NCBI GenBank assembly: GCA_037447605.1
Contig: CM074804.1
Location: 8,161,909 to 8,225,908 of the forward strand
Length of the DNA: 64,000 nt
DNA from: Zygnema circumcarinatum SAG 698-1b
Lineage: Eukaryota > Plantae > Zygnematophyceae
Direction of reading: 5' to 3'
This document shows positions 10,401-22,162 of this stretch, in pieces; positions within the stretch are counted from its first letter, which is position 1; each line of letters starts with the position of its first letter. The notes under the pieces were generated by a model. That model worked only from the letters and a program-made list of their open reading frames with translations, searched no databases and was not told the DNA's origin. A program made the translations under genes and the position numbers.

Positions 10401-13400
10401 GGAAAGTAAAAATAAGAAAAGTAGACGAAGAGGGAAGGTTAGAACCTTAAAAGGAATGAGAGGCAAAGGAAGTCTTTTTAGGTGTTCAGGACTGTGAGAG
10501 TTGGAAGGGTAAGAAGGCGATGGGAGCTCGACCTTCTGTTTGTGTGTGCATGCAGGTCGAGGATGACGAGGATCTGGACAAACGTGTTGACCAGGTTCGG
10601 AGACACCTGGAGGGCGGGTCCAAGTACCTGCTGGTGTTGGACGATGTGGTAAACGTCCACGACTTGGAGGCGATTTGGCCAAAGGTAGGCACCTCAACTT
10701 TCTCCTCCCCTCTCTCTCTCTTCGTTTCTGTCACTCTCTCCCTCCTCTCAGCTCGGACCCCTTTCTGCTGCTGTCCCTTGCTTCCTTCTCCCACGCTCCC
10801 CTACCTCTCCCTCTCTTCAGGCATTCTCTCGACCTATCCCTCTCTCGTGTCTGTCGTTTTCACTGTTCCTCGTCTCTCCTCCACTCTGTCTCTCTCCCTT
10901 CATCTCCTCACTATCTTGCCCTTCGTCCCCCCCTCTCTCCCTCTCTCCCCCTCTCCCCTCACCCCCCCACTCCCCCACTCCCCCTCTCCCCTACTCCCCG
11001 TCTCCGCCTCTCCCCCCCTCTCCATCTCTCCCCCTCTCCCCTCACCCCCCCACTCCCCCACTCCCCCACTCCCCCTCTCCCCTACTCCCCGTCTCCGCCT
11101 CTCCCCCCCCACCCCCATCTCCCTCTCCTCTCCCTCTCCCTCTCCTCTCCCTCTCCCTCTCCCTCTCCCTCTCCCTCTCCCTCTCTCCCCTCTCCTCTCC
11201 TCTCCCTCTCCCTCTCCCTCTCCCTCTCCCTCTCCCTCTCCCTCTCTCCTCTCCCTCTCCCTCTCCCTCTCCCTCTCCTCTCCCTCTCCTCTCCCTCTCC
11301 CTCCTCCTCCCTCTCCCTCTCCCTCTCCCTCTCCTCCTCCCTCTCCCTCTCCCTCTCCCTCTCCCTCTCCTCTCCCTCTCCCCTCTCCACTCTCCTCTCC
11401 CTCCCTCTCCCTCTCTCCTCTCCCTCCTCCCTCCTCCCTCTCTCTCCTCTCCCTCTCCTCTCTCCTCTCCCTCTCCCTCTCCTCTCCCTCTCCCTCTCCT
11501 CTCCCTCTCCTCTCCCTCTCCCTCTCCCTCTCCCTCTCCCTCTCCACTCTCCTCTCCCTCTCTCCCCTCTCCTCCCTCTCCCTCTCCCTCTCCCTCTCCC
11601 TCTCCTCTCCCTCTCCCTCTCCCTCTCCCTCTCCCTCTCCTCTCCCTCTCCCTCTCCCTCTCCCTCTCCCTCCTCCCTCTCCCTCTCCCTCCTCCCTCTC
11701 CCTCTCCCTCTCCCTCTCCCTCTCCTCTCCCTCTCCCTCTCCCTCTCCCTCTCCTCTCCCTCTCCCTCTCCCCTCTCCTCTCCCTCTCCCTCTCCCTCCT
11801 CTCCCTCTCCCTCCCTCTCCCTCTCCCTCTCCTCTCCCTCTCCCTCTCCCTCTCCCTCTCCCTCTCCCTCTCTCTCCCCCTCTCCCCTCACCCCCCACTC
11901 CCCACTCCCCCTCTCCCCCTCTCCCCTCACCCCCCCACTCCCCACTCCCCCTCTCCCTCTCCCTCTCCCTCTCCCTCTCCCTCTCCCTCTCCCTCTCCCT
12001 CTCCCTCTCCCTCTCCCTCTCCCTCCCTCTCCCTCTTCCCTCTCCCTCTCCCTCTCCCTCTCCCTCCCCCTCCCCCCAATGCGTGAGTGTGGCTCCAGAG
12101 CAGGCCGGGCAGTCGCACGTGCTGCTCACCTCCACGGAGGCGGTGGACTTCATCCCCTCCATGAAGATCAGCCAACTCCCGCACGACGAGGCCATCAAGG
12201 TACCCCTGCCTGCGCCTAAACCCTAAACCCTAAACCCTAAACCCTAAACCCTAAACCCTAAACCCTAAACCCTAAACCCTAAACCCTAAACCCTAAACCC
12301 TAAACCCTAAACCCTAAACCCTAAACCCTAAACCCTAAACCCTAAACCCTAAACCCTAAACCCGAACCCCTAAACCCTAAACTTCCCCCCTAAACTCTAA
12401 CCCTATTCCTAAACCCTAACCCTAACCCTAAACCCTAAACCCTAAACCCTAAACCCTGGCTGCAGCTCCTGGACCTGGACCGGCTCCGGTCGCTGCCCGC
12501 GGGCGAGCTCGAGGCGGTGGAGGAGATAGCGCGCGAGCTCGACGTGCTGCCCATGGCGCTGGTCATCGCGGGAAATGTTTTGGAGCTCGGGCAGCCTGCC
12601 CGGACGCTGCTCAAGAAGCTGGGCAAGGGGATGGAGGGCAGCAAAGAAAATAATAACAATATGGAAAAGAAAAAAGTTCGGCTGAAAAAGTCGCAGCCGC
12701 TGCCCGTGGAGACGATGATCAAAGACGAGCGCTTTTCGAGGCCTTCAACGTGAGGAGTGGTTTTGGGTTTGAAATTTTTTAGGGTTTAGGGTTTGGGTTT
12801 TAGGCTTATGTTAGGATGTAAGGGCATTCATAGCTCTTCCTCTTCTAAGTTTTTTTTTTTTTTTGCGGGCAGGTTGAAAAACCTTTTCAACGAAATCCTT
12901 GAAAGCATTGTGGGGAGAGGGGCAATGTTCGAAGTCGCATCCCACTTCGCGCACGGCGAGCTCGCCATCGCCCTATTGGAGGCCGCCGGGTGGTTCGGGC
13001 CGCAGGAAATTCCTTTCAGACTGCTCGCAATTGCTGCCCGGAAAATCCGGTCAGTAAAAAAATCTTGAGAAGGGGGAAAGAAGAAGGTTGTTTCATTCAG
13101 ATTGCTCGCCATTGCTGTCCGGAAAATCTGGTCAGTAAAAAAAAGCTTGAGATGGGGGAAAGAAGGAGGTTGTTCCGTTCAGATTGCTCGCCATTGCTGC
13201 CCGGAAAATCCGGTCAGTAAAAAAAGTTTGAGAAGGGGGAAAGGAGGAGGTTGAAGGACAGTTTTTTCGGGCCTGTTGTGTCATTTGGAAGTCGCAGCGA
13301 AAAGGCCTTTTATAAGCTTCTAGGGTGTTATTTAATTGTGTTTTTCAGCAGTTTTTTTGGGTTTGGGAGGTGAAATAGTAAGGTTTTGGCTGGGATTTCC

Positions 13401-16400
13401 CCACGGTTCAAAAATTGAAATTTTCTTCAAATAATCCTCGAACCCTAACCCTTTCAACTCTACTCTCTAAACCCCACACTTTCAAACCTTACTTTCTGAA
13501 CCCTAGCTCTTGCAACCCTAATTTCTGAGACCCCCACCTTACTTACAGCCCTACTTTCTGAAACCCTAAACTGCTGCCATCCCTTCCTTTATTCATTTAC
13601 TTTCTCTTTCAGACCGGTGAAGGCGAAAACTGGTGCTGTGGGTCAAGTCATGAGTCAGATTTGGGAAGATGCGACGGATTTTCTTCAGGGGAGAAACTCA
13701 CTAGATGATGATGAAGATCAGGGAACAGATGACGATATTGTTCTCTCCATTACCAAATTAGATAAGCTTGGACTCGCCACACAGAACGAGACCACAAAAG
13801 GGATTATTTTCCATAGACTGGTTCAAGAATACGCCCGATCTCGCCCCAACTCTGTCAAAGCAGCGAAAGCAGTCCTAGAAACCCTAGTTTTTGCGAGATG
13901 TTTCCGGGAAACTTCCGACCATTTCCACTCTGTTTGGGCCAGAAGGAAGTGGTTGGAATCTCAGAACTTTCCCTGTAACGAAATTTTCATAGTGGGGCTG
14001 AGACTGGCGGACTATTGGGGTGACCTGAATGAGAGAAGGCAGGTGTTGGCCATATGCGAGGAGGGGTTGCGGAGAGGGAAAGATTTGGGTTCTTTGAAGT
14101 TCAATTTTTGGCAGCTGAAATGTGAAGTGATAGCGGAATCGAAGGAGGGACCTCGAGAGGCCATTCAGGAACTGCTCAGATGTCAGAGGCAAATGTCAAA
14201 GGAAAGTTTGGGAACTCCATTGGGGCTGCTCATAGAAACGCAGATTCTGTACCATTCCGTTACATCGGAGAACAAGTCTCTGGTCGACGTCAAGGAACAC
14301 TTTGCGAAGCTGGAGAAGAAGGCAGAGGAGCTGTTGGGAAAGATGGGAGGAGGAGGAGCAGGAGGAGGAGGGGGGGTGGGAGAGGGAGAGGGAGAGGAGG
14401 TTCTGAAGGTTTTCAAAGAGTACGCGGCAGATGGGGAGGCCGTAACGCTCGCTACCGCCATAGAAACGCTTAGTGTTCTGCAGTTACAGAACGAAACTGG
14501 CACGGAACGGGCCCTTCGCCTGCTGAGACAGTCATCACAGCTGCTCCAACAGACTGGGGGGTCGGGTCACATGATGAGAGTTAATAAGAAATTAGGGAAG
14601 GTGTTTTCCAAACTGCTCCTGCAGGCATGCGAGCAGCAGATGTTCCATGAAGCATTTTTTAGCATTGTAGAGGGGGGGTTGCCCACAGACCTGCTGGGAG
14701 GAGGAGGAGGAGAGGGGGGAGGAGGGAAGCAGCAGGATGAGTTTTTTGGGGTGCCAACAGGGTTCAAGGCCAAGTTTTTGGAGGTGTCGAAAATTATGAA
14801 GGAGGCGGAGGAGGAGAGCGAGAGTAGTAGTGAGACAGAGTCGAGTTCTGAGGAAGAGAGTGAGGAGGAGATAGAGAAGGAGGCAGAGGGGGAGGAGACA
14901 GAGGAGGAGACAGAGGAGGAGGAGGAGGAGGAGGAGGAGGAGGAGGGAGGAGAGGAAGTGGAGGGAGAGGAACACGGGGAGAAAGGAGTATGGAGCTCGA
15001 CAAATGGGGATGCTGTAAGTTTGAATGGAGAAGCGGGAGAGGAGGGAAAGGAGAGAAACAGAGAGGAGGCTGAAGAGGAGAAGACGAAGTTGACGGAGGA
15101 AGAGATCCATGCAGCAGTAGAGAAGTACTTGGGAGGGTGGAGAGTGGAGAATGGAAAAATCATTTGGGGAAAGCCGGAGGGGCGGAACGGGAGGGAAGAG
15201 AGAGAGGGGGAGGAGAGAAAAGGAGAAGAGAGACAGTGGGACGAGGGAAGCGAATTTGACAGAGAAAGAGAAGAGAGTGTGAGAGAGGAGAGTGGGTCAC
15301 GAGCGGAGGCTGGGGAAGGGGGAGAGATGAGGGAAGCCATAGATGAGAAAAAGGAGGACGAGGAAATGAGACCTGGAAATGAGAAGGGGCCTTTAAAGGG
15401 ACACGGCGCCAAATCCTTTGTGCGTTCACGTTCAATTCCTGGTTCACGAAAAGCCTTGAAACATGCTAAGAAGCTGCAGAAAAAAGAAGAGAAAATGCGG
15501 AAAATGAGCTTTGCAGTGGAGGAAAAGCGGCGCATATATGCGGAAATCATACAAAATGTATGGCCGAAAAGTGGGAGAGTTTTGGGAGACGTCCATTTCT
15601 CAAAGGAGGAGCGAGTGGAAGCTTCCAAAGTCTTCTCTACCGTCCTGAGCAATATGAGAAACCCACATGGAGTCGGGGGCTCCTGTACTCTCGTACTGCT
15701 CCGTTTAACGGAACGGATTGACGGAGTAGAAGGCCAAAAGCTTCTAGAAATAGCAAAAGACAAGCTGGAAGAAGCTCTGGGAGAGGAGGTGGAGAGAGAA
15801 GGGACTCATATAATGAGCAGAGAGTGGGAAGCTTTCATCTTTCTCTCTCTCATTTACGACAAACTCGGAGCCCTCGATGCTGCCCAGACCACTTTTGAGA
15901 AAGCTCTCCCCTTCTTCGAGTTGAACCCTACCATTCTCCCTCACTGCCTCTCCTTCTTCTCCTACATTCTCATCAAGAGAGGGGACTTCGTCTCAGCAAG
16001 ACTAAACCTTCACAAGGCCCTCTCTCTCCTCAAATCTCTCAAGGTGAAGAAATTTGGACTCATGATGGTGGTAGCTAGCCAGCTGGCAATTGTTGAGTGG
16101 TTGGAGGGCTGCCCTGCAGCCGCCCAGGGATACCTGCAGGACTGCTGCCAGCTGGCAGCAAAAGCCCTAAACCCTGAGCATCACCTAATGGCGGATTATT
16201 TGAGCGCTATCGGGAGGGTTCAGCTGTCTCGGGTGAGGTCTAAACCCTAAAAAATTCGAAACCCTCAGACCCTCCTGTCACCAATCCTGGAAACTCTAAG
16301 AAGAAGCCCTAAGTTGGGTTCCCTTCTCCCTTCTCCCTTTCCCTTCTCCCTTCTCCCGTCTCCCTTCTCCCTTCCATCTCCCTTCGCCCTTCCATCTCCC

Positions 16401-16932
16401 TTCTCCCTTCTCGTTTCTCCCTTCTCCTAACGCTAACCACCTTTACCCACTTTCCCTCCCTCTCCCTGCAATTGGAATCTCCAAATGAGAGGGCCATTGG
16501 GGAGTTTGACTTTAACCCACCCTACTATTGTGCCCCCATATTTTGCGTTTTCCTTGTCAGGATCACGACACGGAGGCTGCGTACTTGTCTTTCCGTCACG
16601 CATTACGGATCCGTGAAAAGCAGCTCGACTCGGACGACCCCGCTTTGGCATGTGCCCTTGCGAACGTTGCCCTCACTCTCGATAAGATAGACAAGGACAG
16701 CTCCATCCTCCACCTCAGAAGGCACAGAATGGCTTATCAGCACTTGAAGAGTGCTAGTGAGAGGGCGAAGCTGGCGGAGTTGGTCTCTGCGCAGGCAGTG
16801 GCGATGTGGGGGAGGAGGAGGGAGCTGCAGGAGGAGTCGAGAGGTCTCAAGGAGAGGGCGCTCGCCATCATCAGTGAGAATGGGGAGCTGGAGGAGCTCA
16901 AGGTTCTCAAGAGGAGGCTGCTCAGGAGAACG
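7488..16932 (+). CDS. NLR-like STAND protein: helical N-terminal domain + NB-ARC + TPR repeats with an acidic insert
   Basis: Phase-consistent exons: 7488-8132, 8741-8953, 9167-9562, ~10110-10274, 10556-10684, 12104-12199, 12466-12749, 12873-13049, 13613-16232, 16561-16932; terminal exon uncertain (possibly 17261-17266). Motifs: [18 protein letters not shown] (pre-P-loop), GFNGMGKS (P-loop), [26 protein letters not shown] (Walker B), [17 protein letters not shown] (GLPL-like), [10 protein letters not shown] (MHD-like), TPR-type [13 protein letters not shown] and [23 protein letters not shown]. Confidence 0.85.
10930..12077. repeat. ~1.15 kb (CCCTCT)n polypyrimidine tract in NLR-like intron 5
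   Basis: Almost pure C/T hexamer repeat lying between the Walker B exon and the RNBS-B exon. Confidence 0.95.
12215..12457. repeat. Interstitial plant-type telomeric array (CCCTAAA)n in NLR-like intron 6
   Basis: About 20 perfect CCCTAAA units followed by degenerate ones, filling most of the intron. Confidence 0.95.
13015..13253 (+). repeat. Three ~81-bp tandem copies spanning an exon/intron junction of the NLR-like gene
   Basis: Copies start at 13015, 13096 and 13178, each ttcag-[a]ytgctcgc...ggaaaatcyg-gtcagtaaaaaa...gggggaaag. Confidence 0.9.
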
Positions 16933-18000
16933 GTGAGTTCTCCTCTCTCTCTCCCTCTCCCTCTCTCGTCCCTCTCCCTCTCTGTCCCCCTCTCACACTC
17001 TCTCCCTCACTTTCTCGCGCGTTCTCTCCTTTCATGGTCCTTAGTTTAACATGAATGGTGTTCTTCTGGGGGGATGGGTGCTGCATGCAGCACCTCACAG
17101 AGGCGGACTTGAACGGAGGCAGATAATGTGGCGGTGGAGATTTCCATGTGAGAACACCGTCAGTTAGGGTTTGCAGACCAGCCTTTAGGTGAAATGTGTG
17201 TCTGAGCTTCGCCAATGTGGTACTTCCACTGCATGCTTAGGCCTTGACCTTATATCCTAGGACTGACTTAGAGAGAGTGGGGAGGGGGGAGAGTGTGGGG
17301 AGAGAGTGGAGGCGGGAGGGAGGGAGAGAAAGGAAGGGGGAGAGAGTACAGAGAGAGGGGAAGAGTGGAGAGAGAGAGCTCCCTCTCTCTTTTCACCCTC
17401 CACCCTCCCTACAGCTATAAGAAGAATATGCAGAATGATACACAACATTTTACTTCTGGCTTCCTGTTATCGTATTATACATAGAACTGATTTACTGGAT
17501 AGTATATTTAGGGAAGCTCGGTTTGCTGTAGACTAGAAAGCAGGGTTTCGGGTGTTAGAGCTTCTAGAGTTCAAGGCCCCCTGGCGGGTAAAGCTATTCG
17601 TTTTCCTCATTTTTTGTTTTGTTTTTTCATTGTTATTCAACAGCGACGAGGTCTGGTGTATTTTTTAGGATTTGTTCTGTCTCTCACTTTGAGCAATAGC
17701 AAAATTCAAACTTAAGCAATAGAAGCGACGACAATCTCCCAAACTCAATTTGAAGTTTTTCCTTTCCGTTCCCTTCTGTTATCGTTTCTTTCATCTCCGT
17801 TTCTCTTTTCGTAGTGATGCACTAAGTTGACCGACCTGACAAGATAACATCATCCCTATTCCAACGTCGTCTACTCTTCCTGTATTTTGGCTCTTTCCCT
17901 GGTAAGCGCCTCACTCTCTCATGGAGTGATGAGGTGAGGTCAGCTGTCGCTTTCCCTCTCTCTCTCTCTCACACACACGCACACACACGCGGAGAGCTCT

Positions 18001-19485
18001 CTAGTAACTGTGCTTCGCATGGAATTTCCGTTGCAGAGCAACTTCTGCCTTCCTTAAAAGAACCCCAAAGACCTGCAAAGCTGTTGGCAAAAAATTGAAG
18101 GAAACGATTAAGATGGCAAGTCGGGAGAAGGAAGCGGGAGGGGGGTGACGGGAGAGAGAGCGGATGCGGGAGGGGGAAAAGGGAAGGAGGAGGGAGAGAG
18201 AGAGAGGGAGACTTCACCTTGAGGTTCTGCATCTTGGCCTCGCAGCAAATAGGCCTTGGTGGTGAGAGTCCCCGGGGCCTGCTGAAACACCTGCAACAAA
18301 GGCTCCATTTCACAAAGTTCAAGCTGCAAATCACCTCACACAGTTTCACACAGAGTTCCAGAAACCGCTAGGAAAATTTGAAGGGGACAAATGACAGGGC
18401 CAACACCCACGACCCCATGGGTCGTTCTCAAGACGAAGAATATAAAAGGGTATCACCATATAGCCAAAGACTATGAATTCCATTGAGGGTACCCTGCAAC
18501 TCGTGGTCCAATCACAGCTTCCCATGTCGGACAAAATGCATAGGTGGCAAACCTAGATTGGACCATGCCATCGACTGTACCCTCAATGGATCCCGACCCT
18601 TAGTCAGTATGATTTTGAGGGTTCGGAAACTTCGGTTACTCGTTGTAAGTTCTCACCTCTGCTTTGAAGGCCGAGGACGAAGCTGATTCTGCTCGAGCAG
18701 GTGAAAAGGAGCCCTGGATTCCCCTCCACATTGGAAAATCACCTCAAAGCCTCCATATTCTGCTTAGGTTTCCCATTCTGAGTTGGAGGAATATCGACAG
18801 CATCATCTTCAGCGAAAAACAGAGAGAGAGGCGGAGAGAGAGTGAATACCATAAGGCTAAAAGAGCGTTCATCCACAGTGCACTCTGCTTGAAGGAGCCT
18901 GAGCTCTGCCGCCAAAGCTTGGAGGACCTCCCAAGCTGACGTTCTCTGGCCAATGCTCTGCCTCAAAAAAACTCACAACAATAAATAAATAGAGAAAAAT
19001 ACAGGCAGAAAAGGTGGTGGAGGGGGGGGGGGGGGGGGTGAAAGGGCACAGCGAGAACAAAGCTGAAGCAAACAAAATTCCTTAGAAATCACGCCGTCCT
19101 ATAACGTGAGATTTCCCACTTAAAAGTAGTCGACATGATAAGAATGGCACCTGCAATGTAAAAGAGAGCTTGGCCTTCATAGAGGGAGAGGCAGCAACGG
19201 TAGTCGGCGGGAGAGGAGAATAGGACCACGCGAGACCCCAGCGAGAAGTTCGGCCCTGGACGAACTCCGTGGTGCGGACAACCGCCACCTGGCACCATTT
19301 GATTGGAGGATGCAAGTATTCGCTTTTAGGATGCCATTACGCATTTCTTCGCAGCAGTGCAAAATGAGAAAGAGAGGAAGAGAGGACGAGAGGACGAGAG
19401 AAAGGGAGGGAGAGAGGGAGGAAGAGGGGAAGTGAGAGATGACAACGAGAGGGAGAGGGGGAGAGGGACGGACAGGTTGGGAGCA

Positions 19486-19517
<32 letters not shown>

Positions 19518-21592
19518 GGAAATAGGGAAGGAGGGGAAGACACCTGCTGTTGCCACAAGCGAGCAGAGAGACTCTTGAGGTGCTGCTTGAGCCCAACTAA
19601 AGTGGTAAACCAGCTGNNNNNNNNNNCCCCCCCCCCCCCCCCCCCCCCGCCCCAAAATCTCCCCAAAAGGCATTAGAAAATTTACACAGAAGAATTCCTC
19701 CAATTTAATCTCCCCCTCTTCCCCTCTACCACACACTTGACCCACTGAAACCCTCCTCCAAGTAAGGTCTGAGCCTCACTGTATGCGGTCCCGTAGAACG
19801 GAACTGTCATCGATAATGCGATCTATGAAGGCTTTCTCTCCCCCCGGATACGCCATTTCCGCAGAGGTTCCGCCACAAGCTGAATTAGGGTTCGCTCCTG
19901 CCTCCTCCATGCTCTCAAAAAAGGGAGGATTGCACATGCACATGTCAAAAACTTCATCGTCTCTCACTACTCCAACAAGAACAGCTGCTTGAGCTGTACC
20001 CTCCTCTCTCCTCCCACCTGCTCCCTCTCCCTCTCTATCATCAGGAGATGAGTGCGGTCCGCCATGGACTTCCTCTTTCACCTCTCTCTCTCCCCTCTCT
20101 CTCTCCGTCTCTCCCTCTCTCCGGCTCTCCTCGCTACTACAGTGCCCTGCTCTTCGTAGCTGGATGAAAGGAGAGAGGTGTGGGTTCCGATTCAGATTCG
20201 CTGCAGCTCCATCCATGGCGGCTTCCGTTACGTCTGCAAGAAAAGGAACAAACTTTAAATACCCTACAGGACTGCTGTCATAAGAGGTAAAAGAAAAGAA
20301 TGAAAAAAAAGCACAAACGAAACAAAACACAAAACACAAAAAACACAAAAGAATGAGCGAGAGCTTGCGCATGCATGCAAGATGGCTTCCCAGAAAGACT
20401 TCTGTACCAATTTTCAGTTGACATGGAGAATTATACTTTCATATAAGAGCACAATACCTGTAGCTACAAAATGCCATCCGCAGATAGCAGCTCCGAGAAG
20501 GGAGTAAATACAGTTTGCTCCAGTTCCAATGTCGACCACATGCACCTCTTCTGTTGTTCCTCTACCCCTTCCCTCTCTCTTCCACGGAGGGGGAGAGAGA
20601 GAGAGCAGGTCCTGCAGCCAGTGGATATAGTTGGCTCTATTTGGAACAGCAGGACAAAGCTGCCCGTCTTCTATCCACCTGCATCCTGAAACCCTTCCTT
20701 TCTAAATCAAACCATGGATTATGTATATGTATATATATCCGATCGATTCATATGATGGAGAGGAGAAAACACCAAAGAGAAGACTTCATGTTTTGAGAAA
20801 CACAAATCACTTGCGAAACAAGCTTTACCAGTTAATGCCAAAGTCATGATGTAGCAATGTTTTAGTAAGCTCTCTTGTGGCATTATAATCTCTCCAATTT
20901 ATTCGAGAACGACCTCGGCCACCCCGTGGAGGTTGAACATAAGGACGAAAATTGGAATAGCTTTGTGCAAGTTTCTCAAAGTCCGGCTCCTCCTCTGCGT
21001 ACTTATTGCGAGGATGCATAGTTCTCCTTTCTTGTCTCGTCTCTCTCGTGCATTTCTTTAAGTCTCGAATTTCTCCATGATATATGTCTGAAAACCCTCC
21101 GGCTTCTCCAGCATCTGTGGAATCTTTCTCATCATATCTGCCTCGTTTCTTCCCTCCTTGGGCCTGTACTTCATTCACAGACTCTCTGCTCCCAAACTCA
21201 GTAAGAGAAACTTGCAGAGTCCCCTCCCTCTCCTTCTCCGACTGCTGAGTGTGATGCTTCTCTCTCCCACTATACCTCTCTGCATCTTCAGGAGCATGAT
21301 GCATCCCTTCACCGCTGTTCTCAATAGAGTCAACAGCAGTACTTTTTAGAAACTGCACGCTATTATCCCCCTCTTGAAAGTGGCAGTCACGGCTGATTGG
21401 AGAGGCATTGGAAAGAGTGGCAGGACTTTGTGCATGTTGAGCATTTTCTCCTTCGAGAAGGTCAGCAGAAATAAGGGGATTGTGCTGGCTGAGATCAGAG
21501 ACTTGGTTTGAAACAGGCTGGCGGTTTTGAAGGACCTCTTTGGTAAGGTCCAGCACCTCTCTCAAAGCCTGTTTCATCTGAAATGAAAACAC
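18001..21592 (-). CDS. METTL16: U6 snRNA/mRNA m6A methyltransferase METTL16/FIONA1 (RlmF family) with a long N-terminal extension
   Basis: Exons 21592-20829, 20678-20458, 20233-19780, 19613-19544, 19288-19151, ~18957-18850, further small exons ~18740-18200, last exon ending at TAG 18001. Motifs MHPRNKY (ATG 21019), LCPAVPNRANYIHW, DIGTGANCIY, MCNPPFF, GGEKAF, WFTTLVG, TEFVQGRTSRWGLAWS. True start unresolved. Confidence 0.93.
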
Positions 21593-22162
21593 GAAACAGA
21601 AAAAGAATGGGCACCTGCCTTTGAGGTTCTACTTTGCATAGAGGAGCCTTTTCCGAAGATTGAAGAAACAAAGAGAGTTTCATTCGGTCATGTCGCTGAC
21701 TACTAAAAAAAAAAACGACAGGAAACAGTTTCTTCAACAAGGAGCTATGTTAAACTTGAGATTATGAATCTGACAAGGTTTCTCATACAACAAGGTAGGC
21801 AAACAGATTCTCTACTCAAAGGAATTGAGGAAATTCTTTCTGAACCAGGAAACCTTGATTAACTAAACGAACAAGGTAGGCTGCCCCTTTTCCTGCATTT
21901 CTTAAAGTCAAAATTTAAACCCTAAAAAACCATTTAGACGCTTTACCCCCTAACCGCGCACTCACCAAACCAAAGCCGCTCTACTTTATAACGCTTATAT
22001 CACCTTGCTTTTACATTTATCATTAAATTACATTCCTAAGCACTACTGTTTGCTACCCTAATCGTTTCCAAATCAGCATCCTACCGTGTTTTTAAGGTTT
22101 CTGTTTGCGAATCAGCTTGTGAATGGAATTCACATTATTTTGCATGCAAAACACAAAGTTAC

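Noticed and set aside
10520-12226. Long Ser/Pro/Leu (extensin-like) and Gly/Glu/Arg ORFs of 250-570 aa in several frames
   Set aside because: They are translations of the intronic (CCCTCT)n tract, which is stop-free in all frames; only the ends overlap true NLR exons. The same applies to ORFs over the tracts at 2790-3110, 3970-4430, 5460-5690, 40440-41030 and 61170-61620.
12215-12457. Chromosome end or telomere-healed break
   Set aside because: The array lies between two in-frame exons with canonical splice sites, so it is interstitial and intronic.
14180-15763. Antisense ORFs (398 aa, 172 aa and others) within the NLR-like gene
   Set aside because: Shadows of the low-complexity Glu-rich sense exon, with no independent motifs.
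7488-16932. Recent horizontal transfer of the NB-ARC-TPR gene from bacteria or fungi
   Set aside because: Motifs resemble microbial NB-ARC-TPRs, but the gene has at least nine host-style introns and a TNP-like motif; only a phylogeny could support transfer.
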